The notes: generated by a model not told the origin, from the letters alone. Counted from the stretch's first letter, positions 1-10,819 are shown. The stretch is DNA of 64,000 nucleotides from Nitrospirota bacterium (GCA_963721805.1 CAVRJY010000001.1:448001-512000); one strand, 5' to 3'. Translations and numbers: made by a program.

Positions 1-56
1 GGGGAAGGGTGCAACTGCCCCTTCCAGATCGCCAACGCGCTATGCTATATTATCGG

Positions 57-848
57 ATGAAATTCCTGAGCATTGTGGTTGCATGTCTGCTCGCAATTTC
101 CTGCGGCGGCGGGGGTGCGGGCTCCGGCGGCGGTGGCGGCAACGGCGGCTCGAGCGACACCGGCACGGTCGTGACCGCGAGCGTGGTGCCCGGCTCCGTC
201 AACGTGGACTACTGCTCTGACGAGGGTGAGACCGCCTCGGCCACGCTTACGGCCGACCTCATCAACTCCTCCCTGCCCTCAAACACGCTCACGACCGAGA
301 GCTACCGCGTCACGTTCACGCCTCTGACGCACGGCGCGCCGGTCATAAACGGCGGCGTATTTTCGGACAGCCGCACGCTGCCCGCAAGCGAATTCCCAGT
401 CTCATTCATCGGTTCGTCCGATAAGCTTGCGCTAAGGGCGGCCCTGGCGAACTCCGGGGCGGCGTATTCGTACACCGCGAGGTACAGGTTTTCGGGCGAG
501 GACCTTTACGGCACCTCATGGAGCGCGGTCGGGAGCTTCGCGTTCAACCTTGGCAAGTTCTCGGCCTGCCCGCTTTCGATATATCCGCCCGCGGCTACGG
601 TCACAGGCATCAACAACCCGGACTCCGACCTGGGTGACGACGTCCTCTTTAGGGTCAGCGGCGGCACGCCGCCCTTTACGGTATTTTCCGACAGCGTGCT
701 TCTAAACTCCCCCGGGACGCTCCCGGACGGGATAACGAGCTTCATCGCGGACCCCAATCAGGCTACCGAGCCCACCATGGTTACGCTCACCGTATCGGAC
801 TCCCTCGGCGCCCTGAGCACGGCAACCCTCACGGTCACATCGCCCTGA
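57..848 (+). CDS. Putative lipoprotein with Gly/Ser-rich linker and beta-rich domain
   Basis: ATG at 57 gives MKFLSIVVACLLAISC (lipobox-like Cys) followed by a poly-Gly linker. Confidence 0.7.
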   Translation: MKFLSIVVACLLAISCGGGGAGSGGGGGNGGSSDTGTVVTASVVPGSVNVDYCSDEGETASATLTADLINSSLPSNTLTTESYRVTFTPLTHGAPVINGGVFSDSRTLPASEFPVSFIGSSDKLALRAALANSGAAYSYTARYRFSGEDLYGTSWSAVGSFAFNLGKFSACPLSIYPPAATVTGINNPDSDLGDDVLFRVSGGTPPFTVFSDSVLLNSPGTLPDGITSFIADPNQATEPTMVTLTVSDSLGALSTATLTVTSP

Positions 849-925
849 GGGGGTGCCACGGGCACCTCTCCCTATTCGCGGGGTCATTGACCCCTCTCAC
901 TATTCGCGCCACTGCGCTCATCTTT
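849..925 (+). repeat. Repeat family B, copy 1
   Basis: CTATTCGCGGGGTCA..GACCCCTCTCACTATTCGCGCCA..GCGCTCATCT is also at 35621-35674, 47083-47136 and partially inverted at 41359-41409. Confidence 0.9.
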
Positions 926-1118
926 TAATCAATGCCGTTGACCGCTCGCACGGTTACGCAGATGAAACTTAAAGCGCGAGAAATCGTCTTCAGACAAGGG
1001 GTGCCACGGGCACCTTTTACTTTAAAGGAGGGGCCCGTGACCCCCGCAGGTGTACTGAGACGTACTCCGAGGGAGATTTTCGGATGACGCAGTATGAAGC
1101 GATTTGGTGCGACTTTCC
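926..1118 (+). repeat. Repeat family A, copy A1 (divergent, with inserted B-type hairpins)
   Basis: TAATCAATGCCGTTGACC...AAAGCGCG..AAATCGTCTTCAGACAAGG...GTGTACTGAGACGTAC...ACGCAGTATGAAGCGATTTGG. Confidence 0.85.
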
Positions 1119-1136
1119 AATGAGCAGCGAATGAGT

Positions 1137-2462
1137 TTACTCTCCTTTAAGGATTTTCCAGAGTGACGTACGGGATATGCCGAGTATTTCCGCCGCTCTC
1201 GTGCGGTTGCCGCCTAACGATTTCACGACCTTCTCGGCATACTCCTTCACTACCGTATCGACCGGCTTGATCTCGTCCGCGCGGAAGGTCTCGACCCGGT
1301 GCATCGTGATGCCCTGCGGCAGGCTCGACGGGGTTATCTGCGGCCCCTGCTCGACGATGATCGCGCGCTCGACGATGTTTTCGAGCTCGCGCACGTTACC
1401 CGGAAACGTATAGCCCATCAGCACGCGCATCGCATCTTCAGAGATGGCCGTGATCTTCTTGCTGTACTTTGGCAGGTGTTTTTTTAGGAAGAACCTGCAC
1501 AGCGGGTCGATGTCCTCGGTGCGCTCCCTTAGCGGCGGGATGAAGATCTCCATCGTGTTGAGGCGGTAGTAGAGGTCCGCGCGGAACCCGCGCTCGGCGA
1601 TGAGCTGCTTGATGTTCTGGTTTGTCGCTGCGATGAACCGCACGTCGGCCCTCATCGCCCTGGTGCCGCCGACGCGCATGAACTCGCAGTCTTCGAGCAC
1701 GCGCAGGAGCTTGGCCTGAAGCGCCGGGGACATCTCGGAGATCTCGTCCAGAAACAGCGTGCCGGTGTCGGCGACCTCGATCAGGCCGGGCTTGGCGTTG
1801 ACCGCCCCGGTAAACGCGCCGCGCTCGTAACCGAAAAGCTCGCTCGCGAGCAGCTCCTCGGTGAACGTGGCGCAGTTGACCGCGAGGAACGGCTTGTCCC
1901 TGCGCGGGCCGGTGAAGTGTATGGTGCGGGCGACGAGCCCCTTGCCCACGCCGGTCTCGCCCGTGAGCAGGACATTGAACTGCGAGTCCCTGATCTGCTC
2001 TATGGTCTTAACGATGTGCTTCATGCCGGGGCTGGCCGCGACCATATTGATGTCGTTTTCGAAATTGAAGTAGGTCTTAAGCGCGATGTTTTCTTTCCTT
2101 AGGGCGTTGCGCTCCTCTATCTTGCGGACGCGCACGGCGAGGTCGTCCAGGTCGAAGGGCTTGGTGATGTAGTCGGCCGCGCCCTTGCGCATGGCCTCCA
2201 CCGCGGAGCTCACGCTGCCGTAGCCGGTGATGACGATGGCGAGCATCTCGGGCCATTTGGCGCGCGCATCCTCAAGCAGCTCCATGCCGCCGAGGCCCGG
2301 CATCTTGAGGTCCGTGATCAGCAGGTCGAACCGCTCGCGCTCGAGCGCCTCTGTGGCCTCGCGGCCGTCGCGCGCGCCCGTGGCCGAGTGGCCCTCCTCG
2401 GCGAGGGACTCGATGATGTTGTCGCGCGTGATGTCCTCGTCTTCGGCTACCAGAATCCTCAT
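1137..2462 (-). CDS. Sigma-54-dependent response regulator (NtrC family)
   Basis: Receiver domain, GETGVGK Walker A, GAFTGA loop, C-terminal Fis-type HTH. Confidence 0.95.
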   Translation of the reverse strand: MRILVAEDEDITRDNIIESLAEEGHSATGARDGREATEALERERFDLLITDLKMPGLGGMELLEDARAKWPEMLAIVITGYGSVSSAVEAMRKGAADYITKPFDLDDLAVRVRKIEERNALRKENIALKTYFNFENDINMVAASPGMKHIVKTIEQIRDSQFNVLLTGETGVGKGLVARTIHFTGPRRDKPFLAVNCATFTEELLASELFGYERGAFTGAVNAKPGLIEVADTGTLFLDEISEMSPALQAKLLRVLEDCEFMRVGGTRAMRADVRFIAATNQNIKQLIAERGFRADLYYRLNTMEIFIPPLRERTEDIDPLCRFFLKKHLPKYSKKITAISEDAMRVLMGYTFPGNVRELENIVERAIIVEQGPQITPSSLPQGITMHRVETFRADEIKPVDTVVKEYAEKVVKSLGGNRTRAAEILGISRTSLWKILKGE

Positions 2463-4024
2463 GCCTTGCGGTCGTCCTCCATCGTGGCACCGGGCAGGGT
2501 GATCGTGAAGATCGTCCCCTCCTCCTCGGCGCTCGCGGCGCGGATCTCGCCGCCGTGCTTGGTTATTATACTGTAAACGACGGCCAGACCGAGCCCGGTG
2601 CCCTTGTCCTTGGTGCTGTAGAACGGCTCGAATATGCGCTCCAGTAGCTTGTCCGGGATGCCGCGGCCGCTGTTGGCCACCTCCACGCTCACGCGGTCCC
2701 CGGCCGGTTCGACCGTCACGGTGATCGAGCCGCGGCCCCCCATGGCCTCGACCGCGTTCGTAAACAGGTTGATGAAGACCTGTTCCATCTGCGTCGGGTC
2801 GGCATGGATGCAGCGGGGCGCCTCAGGGGCGACCATGAGCGCGAACTCCACCTCCCGGACGTCCATGGAGTTTACGATGTAGTTATACGAGGTGCGGATG
2901 AGGGCCTCGAGCTCGATGTCCTCGAGGTGCGGCGCACGGGTGCGTGCGAACTCCAGCAGGTCGCCTACGATCTTCTTGACCCGCAGCGTCTGGCCGAAGA
3001 TGTCCTGCAGGCCCTTTTTCAGGACGGGGTCGCTCTCGAGGTCGATCTTTTTGTTGAGCCGCTGCGCGGTCGTGTAGATGTTGTTCAGAGGGTTGTTGAG
3101 CTCGTGCGCCACCCCGGAGGCAAGCGTGCCGATGGCCGAGAGCTTCTTGCTTTGAAGGAGCGCCTCTTCGTGCTCGGCGAGCTGCGACTCCATCTGGCGG
3201 TACTTGCGGATTATCACGTCGATCTCGTCGCGGTCCCCAGGCGCCTTTGCGGCCTCGTCCGAGCCGGAGGCGATATTAAAGCCCTTGCTGGTCTTCTCAA
3301 TCTGGCGCGCGAGCTCCGCGAGCCTCCGGGCGATGCTGCGGCCCATCAGCAGCGAGGCCCCGATGCCGAGGGCGAGGAAGGTGGGGAGGAAGATGCGCGC
3401 GGCGATCCGCGTGCGGAAGACCGCGCCCTCGGCCTCGGCGCGCGAGGCGCGGTCGAACTCGTTCGTGAGCGACAGGAGCGTCTCGCCTATCTTGCGCAGC
3501 TGCTGGACCTTGCTGCCGAGGGCGTCGCTAAGGCGCACGGCGGGGTCCGCGTCCGAGAGGCCGAGCCGGAGCTGAAGGACGTGCGCGGAGGCCGGCGGGT
3601 CTTCGAGGAACGTGCCCTCGACGTACTCGATCAGCGGGATCTCGCCGGGGCTCTGGCGCTTCAGGCTGTCCAGCGCGACGTGTATCGTCGAGGCCAGGGT
3701 GACGATCTCGCCAAACAGCGTATGGTACTCGGCCGTCTTTAAAGATATCGCGCGGAACCGCTGCTCCTCGCTTTTTGATAGCGCGGCCTCAAGCTCGGCG
3801 AGCGTGGCCTCGACCGCGCTGAGGTCGCTCTGCCTGCGGTAGAGGAAGAAGTTCTTCTCGTGGCGGCGCAGCTCCAGCGCGGTGTTGCGGACGGTGTCGG
3901 AGAGTTCGAGCGTGTATATCTCGCGGTCGATCTTCCCGATCTGCGCGAGGCTGAAAAATACGAGCGCGGTCGCAAGCGCCGCACCGGCGGAAAACGTTAC
4001 GAGCAGTTTCCTTCTCAGCGTCAT
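2459..4024 (-). CDS. Membrane sensor histidine kinase
   Basis: Two TM segments, H-box GVAHELNNPL, FEPFYSTK, GTGLGL; overlaps the regulator start. Confidence 0.95.
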   Translation of the reverse strand: MTLRRKLLVTFSAGAALATALVFFSLAQIGKIDREIYTLELSDTVRNTALELRRHEKNFFLYRRQSDLSAVEATLAELEAALSKSEEQRFRAISLKTAEYHTLFGEIVTLASTIHVALDSLKRQSPGEIPLIEYVEGTFLEDPPASAHVLQLRLGLSDADPAVRLSDALGSKVQQLRKIGETLLSLTNEFDRASRAEAEGAVFRTRIAARIFLPTFLALGIGASLLMGRSIARRLAELARQIEKTSKGFNIASGSDEAAKAPGDRDEIDVIIRKYRQMESQLAEHEEALLQSKKLSAIGTLASGVAHELNNPLNNIYTTAQRLNKKIDLESDPVLKKGLQDIFGQTLRVKKIVGDLLEFARTRAPHLEDIELEALIRTSYNYIVNSMDVREVEFALMVAPEAPRCIHADPTQMEQVFINLFTNAVEAMGGRGSITVTVEPAGDRVSVEVANSGRGIPDKLLERIFEPFYSTKDKGTGLGLAVVYSIITKHGGEIRAASAEEEGTIFTITLPGATMEDDRKA

Positions 4025-4104
4025 GGGTTTATTGTACTAAATCCATCTTGAAATTGATTGGTAAATTAAGGGGGAACTTCCCGGGGCCCTGTTGCAAGGG
4101 GCCC

Positions 4105-4791
4105 CTATGGCCTTGTGACTTTGAGCATCTGAAACGCGCCTTTCTGAAACTCGTAGGGCACTCTCTCGACCGTACAGGAGAGCCCGCCCGCGCCAAGCGC
4201 GGCGATGACCCCGTCGAGGTGCCTCGACCTCTTGCCGCCTAATTCCAGCAGCGGGAATACCCTCGCCTCCGCCGCGACCCTCAAAATCTCGATCAGGGAC
4301 GCGACGTGAAATTCCAGCGAGAGGCGTTCGCTGTACAGAAACAGGAAGTGCGAGCACAGAGCGAGGCCGAACTCCCCGGCCTCAAACGGCAGCGACGGAA
4401 GGGCCGCCGCAACGTACCGGCCACGCGCCCCGCCTTCGTCGTAGTCGGCCAGAAACTCGTCCATAGCATCGGTGCGGAGCCTTATGAGCGCATCGAGCGA
4501 TGGGATGCGTTCGTCCCAGACGTAATCGCGCAGGTTGGCGCGCGTCTGCCCGATGACCTGCACGCGCGCCTCGTCGATCCTGCCGCGGATTTCTTTTGCG
4601 CTGAAGGCGTAGATCGGGTCGGCCGAGGCCGCGCGGCCTCCCGCGCGGCAGAGCGTGGCGGTGAAGCTCGATGGCCCGCCCCCGATATCGAGGATGCGCA
4701 AAGAGAGGTCACGGGCGGAGAGCGCGAACATCGCCGCGTACTCGTCGAAAGACCGGCCCCAGGGCACTACGTCTCGGAGCGTGAATGACAT
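4105..4791 (-). CDS. SAM-dependent methyltransferase-like protein
   Basis: ILDIGGGPSSF motif I; LALCSHFLFLY. Confidence 0.8.
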   Translation of the reverse strand: MSFTLRDVVPWGRSFDEYAAMFALSARDLSLRILDIGGGPSSFTATLCRAGGRAASADPIYAFSAKEIRGRIDEARVQVIGQTRANLRDYVWDERIPSLDALIRLRTDAMDEFLADYDEGGARGRYVAAALPSLPFEAGEFGLALCSHFLFLYSERLSLEFHVASLIEILRVAAEARVFPLLELGGKRSRHLDGVIAALGAGGLSCTVERVPYEFQKGAFQMLKVTRP

Positions 4792-4792
4792 G

Positions 4793-5710
4793 TTACGGCA
4801 GATGCAGGTCCAGCGCGAGCCTGACGGCCTCGTTCATGCTCGCCGGGTCGGCCTTGCCCTGCCATGCGATGTCGTACGCGGTGCCGTGGTCCGGCGAGGT
4901 GCGTATGATCGGCAGGCCGACCGTGACATTGACCCCCTGCTCGAACCCCACGAGCTTAAGCGGGATAAGGCCCTGGTCGTGATACATGCATACGACGAGG
5001 TCGAACTCGCCGCGGTGGGCGCGGAAAAATACCGTATCGGGCGGGTAGGGGCCGGTGCACGGGATGCCCTCGGTGCGCGCAAGCTCTATCGCCGGGGCGA
5101 TCTGCTCGCGCTCCTCCGAGCCGAACATCCCGGCCTCGCCCGCGTGCGGGTTAAGCGCGGCCACCGCGATGCGCGGGGCGTCTATGGACAGCATCCTCGC
5201 GGCGCGGGCCGCGAGCCTGATCGTGCGCAGGACGCTCTCTTTGGTTATGAGCTCCGGGACGTCCCTGAGCGCGCGGTGTATCGTGACGAGCACCACTCTT
5301 AGCCCGCCCCCTATCAGCATCATCCCGAAATCGGTTGCGCGGGTCAGTTCAGCGAGCATCTCGGTATGCCCCGGCCACGGGAGCCCGGCCATCCGGAGGG
5401 CCTCTTTGGATATGGGCGCGGTGACCACTGCCGAGACCTCGCCCGCGAGTGCCATCGAGGCCGCGCGCCTGATGGCCTCGTATGCGGCCGAGCCGCCTCC
5501 GGCCGAGGGTGCGCCCTTAGTAAATTCAGCCATGCCGGTATCGACTATCGGGATCTTCATGGGCTCGCCGAGCATGGAGGCGGCCTCGCGGAAGACCTCT
5601 GCCGAGCCGACGAGCACCGTATCGGCGTCCCGGGCCGTCAGGGCCGCCCTGACCGCTACCTCAGGCCCGATGCCTCCGGGCTCGCCCATGGTTATAGCGA
5701 TGCGCTTCAT
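4793..5710 (-). CDS. pdxA: 4-hydroxythreonine-4-phosphate dehydrogenase
   Basis: IAITMGEPGGIGPE, PGHTE, LNPHAGE, MYHDQG, RTSPDHGTA motifs. Confidence 0.95.
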   Translation of the reverse strand: MKRIAITMGEPGGIGPEVAVRAALTARDADTVLVGSAEVFREAASMLGEPMKIPIVDTGMAEFTKGAPSAGGGSAAYEAIRRAASMALAGEVSAVVTAPISKEALRMAGLPWPGHTEMLAELTRATDFGMMLIGGGLRVVLVTIHRALRDVPELITKESVLRTIRLAARAARMLSIDAPRIAVAALNPHAGEAGMFGSEEREQIAPAIELARTEGIPCTGPYPPDTVFFRAHRGEFDLVVCMYHDQGLIPLKLVGFEQGVNVTVGLPIIRTSPDHGTAYDIAWQGKADPASMNEAVRLALDLHLP

Positions 5711-5817
5711 CCAAAAATTATACACCGGCCGCGGTTAATTTTTTAATTGAAGCAACCCTGTCAATTGGTTATACTACCGCGATGCGTTAAATTGCCGTTA
5801 AGCGGGGGCATTATATT

Positions 5818-7449
5818 ATGAAGAGGATTCACGACTGGAGCATCCGCACAAAGATACTAGCTTTTTCCATATTCATAAGTTTCTTCTGCATCCTGACGAT
5901 CCTGGGCGGCCTGCAGATGTTCCTTTACGGCAACATGATGGAGCAGAAGAAAAACGCCCTCAGAAACCTCGTCCAGACCGCTATCGGCATCATCGCGGAC
6001 TACGACGCGCGCGCCAAGGCCGGGCAGATGAGCCTCGATGACGCCAAGGAACGCGCCAAGCAGGCCATCAAGGGGCTCAGGTATAACAATGACGACTACT
6101 TCTGGATCAACGACCTCGACGCCGTAATCGTGATGCACCCGATCAAGCCCGAGCTCGACGGGAAGTCCGTCTATGACATGAAGGACCCCAACGGGAAGTA
6201 CCTCTTCCGGGAGTTCGTGCGCGTGGCGAAGGAAAAGGGCGAGGGGTTCGTGGACTATGAATGGCCCCGTCCGGGGAGCGCCAGGCCCGTGGCCAAGGCC
6301 TCCTACGTCATCCTCTACCAGCCCTGGGGCTGGGTCGTCGGCTCGGGGGTGTACATAGACGACGTCAAGAGCGCGCTCGTCTCGTTCGTGCTGAAGATCA
6401 TACTGATGTCCTCCGTGCCGCTGGTCATAACCCTGGTGCTCGCGCTCGTCATCTCGCGGCGGATAACGAAGCCGATGCAGGATGCCGTGGCAGTGCTCAA
6501 CGAACTCGCCGGCGGCAACATGGCCGTAGAGATCAGCTCCAACTCGGAGGACGAGACCGGAAAGCTGCTAGAGGCCATGGGCGCGATGGCGGGCCATCTG
6601 CGCGTGCTCGTGACCGAGGTGACGCGCGCGGCAGACAGCGTGGCCTCGGCCAGCAACCAGCTCAGCGCTGGCTCGGAGCAGATGAACCGGGGCCTCGAGC
6701 AGGAGAACTCGAGCGTCACCCAGATCGCGACGGCCGCGGCCCAGATGTCGCAGACCGTAATAGACATAGCCCAGAGCGCCTCGCACATGGCAACCTCGGC
6801 CGAGGAGGCCACCTCCAAGGCCCGCTCGAGCGGCGACGTCGTCGGCAAGTCCATAGGCGAGGTCAAGGCCATAGCCGACACCGTAAACGCCTCGGCCCGG
6901 ATGATAACCAGCCTCGGAGAGCGCTCCAAGCAGATAGGGGATATAGTCCAGGTCATCAAGGACATCGCCGACCAGACGAACCTGCTCGCGCTTAACGCCG
7001 CAATCGAGGCCGCGCGCGCCGGGGAGCAGGGGCGCGGCTTCGCGGTCGTGGCCGACGAGGTCAGGAAGCTCGCCGAGCGCACCGCAAAGGCAACCTCCGA
7101 GATCGGCGGGATGATAGACGCGATACAGCGCGAGGTGGGCGAAGCGGTCCGGGCGATGGATGACGGCACGCGGCGCGTCGAGACCGGCGTGCGGTACTCC
7201 GTCGAGGCCGGGACCGCCATAGACGGGATCGTTGCCACGGTGGACGAACTGCGGGGCGTCGTAGTCTCGGTCGCCACCTCCACGGAGGAGATGTCGAGCG
7301 TATCGGAGCAGATCAGCGGGGACATCGACCACATATCGACGATATCGAACCAGAATTCGGTCACGTCTTCGGAGGTCGCGCAGTCGGCATCGGAGCTCGC
7401 GAGGCTCTCGGCCGAACTGCAGCAGCTGGTCAGGCGGTTCAAGCTCTAG
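5818..7449 (+). CDS. Methyl-accepting chemotaxis protein with Cache sensor domain
   Basis: TM-Cache-TM-HAMP layout and [40 protein letters not shown] signature. Confidence 0.97.
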   Translation: MKRIHDWSIRTKILAFSIFISFFCILTILGGLQMFLYGNMMEQKKNALRNLVQTAIGIIADYDARAKAGQMSLDDAKERAKQAIKGLRYNNDDYFWINDLDAVIVMHPIKPELDGKSVYDMKDPNGKYLFREFVRVAKEKGEGFVDYEWPRPGSARPVAKASYVILYQPWGWVVGSGVYIDDVKSALVSFVLKIILMSSVPLVITLVLALVISRRITKPMQDAVAVLNELAGGNMAVEISSNSEDETGKLLEAMGAMAGHLRVLVTEVTRAADSVASASNQLSAGSEQMNRGLEQENSSVTQIATAAAQMSQTVIDIAQSASHMATSAEEATSKARSSGDVVGKSIGEVKAIADTVNASARMITSLGERSKQIGDIVQVIKDIADQTNLLALNAAIEAARAGEQGRGFAVVADEVRKLAERTAKATSEIGGMIDAIQREVGEAVRAMDDGTRRVETGVRYSVEAGTAIDGIVATVDELRGVVVSVATSTEEMSSVSEQISGDIDHISTISNQNSVTSSEVAQSASELARLSAELQQLVRRFKL

Positions 7450-7527
7450 GGGCCGACTGGCCCCTTTCCTTCCGGCAATCGATCGGGCTGGTTGTCAGAA
7501 GCGCGCGAGTTAAGGTATGCTTTTCGC

Positions 7528-8385
7528 ATGACGTCCGAACCACTTGGCCTCGGCCATAAAGAGCTGCTATGGGCGCGCCTCAAGGGCGTGGGCACCCCTT
7601 TGTCTGAGTACTGCTTCTCGAACCTGTACCTGTTCCGGCAGGCGCACGCCTACGAGGTCGTGACCGACCGCGATATCCTGATACGGGGCCGGACGTATGA
7701 CGGCCGCACCCATCTGATGCCCACGGCGGATATCCGCGAGATGGACATCGAGTACCTCGCCGGGATGATGGACTGCTGCGACTTCATATACCCGGTGCCC
7801 GAAGACAGGCTCGGGCTGTTCCCCCCGGAGCGCTTCAACGTGGAGTTCAACGAAGGGGACTCGGACTATATCTACCTGACCGAGAAGATGAGCTCTTACG
7901 CCGGGCGCCGCCTGCACAACAAGCGGAACCTGCTTAAGCAGTTCACGTCCTCATACCGCCACGAGGCCCTCCCGCTTACGAACGACCGCCTCGGCGACGC
8001 GGAGCTCGTCTTGCGCGACTGGCTCGCCAACTCAGGCTTGGGGGACGAGGAGTCGGACTTCGGCGCGTGCCTTGAGGCCATCGGGCTCTACGAGCAGCTA
8101 GTGCTGTGCGGCGGGATATACTACGCCGAGGGCGAGCCGGCCGGCTTCATCATCGGCGAGGAGGTCACGCGCGACACGTTCGTGCTGCACTTCGCCAAGG
8201 CGCGCACGAAGTTCAAGGGGATATACCAGTACATATTCAACAACTTCGCCTCGATACTGCCGGAGTTCTACACCTACATGAACCTCGAACAGGATCTGGA
8301 CAAGGCCACACTGCGAGAAGCGAAATCGTCGTACCTGCCGGAGAGGAAACTCCGAAAGGCGAGAGTGAGTCTGCGGGTGAAATAA
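7528..8385 (+). CDS. DUF2156 / aminoacyl-PG synthase GNAT-like domain protein
   Basis: SEYCFSNLYLFR, DYIY, GRRLHNKRN, HFAKA, NLEQDL..LREAKSSY pattern; start uncertain. Confidence 0.8.
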   Translation: MTSEPLGLGHKELLWARLKGVGTPLSEYCFSNLYLFRQAHAYEVVTDRDILIRGRTYDGRTHLMPTADIREMDIEYLAGMMDCCDFIYPVPEDRLGLFPPERFNVEFNEGDSDYIYLTEKMSSYAGRRLHNKRNLLKQFTSSYRHEALPLTNDRLGDAELVLRDWLANSGLGDEESDFGACLEAIGLYEQLVLCGGIYYAEGEPAGFIIGEEVTRDTFVLHFAKARTKFKGIYQYIFNNFASILPEFYTYMNLEQDLDKATLREAKSSYLPERKLRKARVSLRVK

Positions 8386-8394
8386 GAGCATTTT

Positions 8395-8671
8395 TTCAAA
8401 GCGCTCCAAATCGTTTGATACGTTGTTGGGCATCGAAGACTCGCCCTCGGAGTACGCCCAGATAAGAAGTGACCTTCTTCAAAGCGCGCCAAATCGCTTG
8501 ATACGTCGTTGGGCATCAAAGACTCGCCCTCGGAGTACGCCCAGATAAGAAGTGACCTTCTTCAAAGCGCTCCAAATCGCTTGATACTGCGTTGGGCATC
8601 GAAGACTCGCCCTCTATGTACGTCACAAGACGCCCCCCGCGCCCCACGAGGTCAAAGGCATTGATTAGAGC
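8395..8671 (-). repeat. Family A locus A2: three tandem partial copies, 83-bp period
   Basis: TTCAAAGCGC.CCAAATCG starts at 8395, 8478 and 8561; the third unit ends with GGTCAAAGGCATTGATTAGAG. Confidence 0.95.
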
Positions 8672-8758
8672 TATATAAAAAGGAAAGGGGGCAGGGGCCC
8701 CCTTTCTAGGTGAGCATGGTTTATGCCATGCGAATATGTAGAGGTGCCCGTGGCACCC

Positions 8759-9646
8759 CTACTTGTTGGTGGCTGCCTGTTTGAGGCTGTCTTCTATTGC
8801 GCCGGGCGCGCCGGAGATCTTCATGAACGTGCCCATCGTGAGGTCCGGGAAGTCAAGGGCGATGCGGAACTTGCCGTGAAGCATATAGACTGCGCCGTCT
8901 CTGACGAGCATCTCGTAGGGCAGGTGGGCGGTGTGCTTGAGTTCCGCGGTGTCGATGACCTTCATGATCGCGGCGTCCGCGCCGTCGCCCCTGGTGATCG
9001 AGACGCCGAAGACCGACTCGCTCTTGCCGGGGATGTCGATCCTGTAGACCTTCGAGACGCCTGACGTACCCGAGCTGAGGCCGGCCTCGACGGACTTCAG
9101 CGCGGCGTCCTGAGAGCCGAACGAGGCGAGCCTGACCTGGTCGGTGAAGTACGGCATCATGACCATGTAGTGGTATTTGCGGAGGTCCGAGGCGGGGATG
9201 CCGTCTTCGGAGCCGAACGCGGTCTTTGCGCCGAGGGCCTTCTGCAGCGCCGAGGACACGTCGGTCAGGCTGTCTTGCATGCGGTAGGCCTGCGCGTAGT
9301 AAAGCGGGTTGGTGTATGCGATCTGAAGCCCGGCCGGGGTCTCGGTGAGCGATATGCGCACGACAGCGCCGTAACCGCCGCTCTCGGAGCGGGCCGCGGC
9401 ACGCTTAAGCGCGTCGCTGGTCACCGCGAGCAAGTGCGCGCCCTTGTAAGGCGCGTACTCCCCTGCGACCTGAAACCCCTCGCGTACGAGCGCGGCCTTT
9501 ACCTCGGGCAGCTTTGCTGCTACAGTGCCCGGCCCGCTTGAGGCAAGCACGTATGGGCGCAGCGCGTCGGCCGCGAAGGCCGGGGCCGCGAAGCCCGCGA
9601 GCGATAAGGCGGTGAGAAGCATAAAGACGATCGTTCTGATTTTCAT
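8759..9646 (-). CDS. Secreted/periplasmic hypothetical protein
   Basis: 295-aa ORF, signal peptide ending AFA, GGAGGA RBS. Confidence 0.8.
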   Translation of the reverse strand: MKIRTIVFMLLTALSLAGFAAPAFAADALRPYVLASSGPGTVAAKLPEVKAALVREGFQVAGEYAPYKGAHLLAVTSDALKRAAARSESGGYGAVVRISLTETPAGLQIAYTNPLYYAQAYRMQDSLTDVSSALQKALGAKTAFGSEDGIPASDLRKYHYMVMMPYFTDQVRLASFGSQDAALKSVEAGLSSGTSGVSKVYRIDIPGKSESVFGVSITRGDGADAAIMKVIDTAELKHTAHLPYEMLVRDGAVYMLHGKFRIALDFPDLTMGTFMKISGAPGAIEDSLKQAATNK

Positions 9647-9742
9647 GTGAGTCCTCCTTCGGGGCGGTCGCCCGGTTAAGCAGTATCGAAACTACGATAC
9701 TAGTTTACCAGAAAACTGATCTCCGCGCCCAATGCGGGGCCG

Positions 9743-10819
9743 TTATGGGGAGGGGCCAGCCGGCGTATTTACGAGAGAGGGGCCAGCCGGCGCATTTACA
9801 AGGGAGGGGGCAGCCGGCCCCCCGAGGATGCGCTGGTATTCCTCGAAGGGTATCTGCGACTGCCAGTGGCCGGTCGCGGCCCCTATGGCTATGATGAGGT
9901 AAAACACGAGCACGACGAGCGCCGGAAACGCGAGGCCGAGCCAGCGGCCGCGGCGCCGGAACCTGCCCACCCGCACCGAGAGCTGAAGCGCGCCCTGCTC
10001 GGGGCAGCGGCTCACGCAGGTAAGGCAGCCCGTGCACTCCGGGGAGTTGACCTCTGTCTCGTCGTGGACCTCGATCAGCGAGGGGCACGCGGCGGTGCAT
10101 GAGCGGCAGCCGGTGCATCTCGCGGGGTCGCGGCTGACCTTAAACGGGCTTAGGAGCCCCAGGAGCCCCAGCAGCGCGCCATAGGGGCAGAGATAGCGGC
10201 ACCAGAAGTTTTTGTAAACGACCGAGAGCGCGGCGATCAGGGCTATCACGCCAAGCGCGGTGGCCGATATGCCGGTGAAGAACTCAAGCATCCGCACGTC
10301 GGCGGTCTTGTAGTAATCGCCCATGAAAAAAAGCAGGAGTATGGTCGCGCTCATGACGATCCAGATCAGGAAGATAAACGCGAACATGAGGAAGTATTTT
10401 ATGCTCCTTAGCGCGATGTCCGCGCTCTGCGGGAGCGCCGGGTTGCGGCCGATGAGCTTGCGGCCGAGCTTCCAGCACCACTCCGATACCGTACCCACCG
10501 GGCATATCCAGCCGCAGAACGATTTTCTGAGGATAAGGCTCACCGCTATGGCCGCGACGAACACAATGAGCGCCGCCGGGTGCAGCGGCTCGATCTCCCC
10601 CGAGACGAGCCATACCTTCAGCGACATCAGCCCGCTGATCGGCAGGAAGGCGTCCACACCCGAGGGCCGCTCGAGCACAGGGGAGCCGGGATGGCTGAAC
10701 TGAGCGACGAAGCGGTAGAGCACCCAGCCGATCCAGACAGAGAGCGCGACGAACCACAGCTGCACGATGCGCCTCATCGCGCGCAGGCGGATGCCGGTGT
10801 ATGCGGGGTCGGACTTCAT
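9743..10819 (-). CDS. Membrane 4Fe-4S binding protein (NapH/YccM-like)
   Basis: FCGWICPVG, WCRYLCPYG and two CxxCxxCxxxCP motifs; several TM segments. Confidence 0.9.
   Translation of the reverse strand: MKSDPAYTGIRLRAMRRIVQLWFVALSVWIGWVLYRFVAQFSHPGSPVLERPSGVDAFLPISGLMSLKVWLVSGEIEPLHPAALIVFVAAIAVSLILRKSFCGWICPVGTVSEWCWKLGRKLIGRNPALPQSADIALRSIKYFLMFAFIFLIWIVMSATILLLFFMGDYYKTADVRMLEFFTGISATALGVIALIAALSVVYKNFWCRYLCPYGALLGLLGLLSPFKVSRDPARCTGCRSCTAACPSLIEVHDETEVNSPECTGCLTCVSRCPEQGALQLSVRVGRFRRRGRWLGLAFPALVVLVFYLIIAIGAATGHWQSQIPFEEYQRILGGPAAPSLVNAPAGPSLVNTPAGPSP

Noticed and set aside
8395..8671. CRISPR array interpretation of the tandem units
   Set aside because: The intervening sequence is identical rather than unique spacers, the unit is part of dispersed family A, and no cas genes are present.
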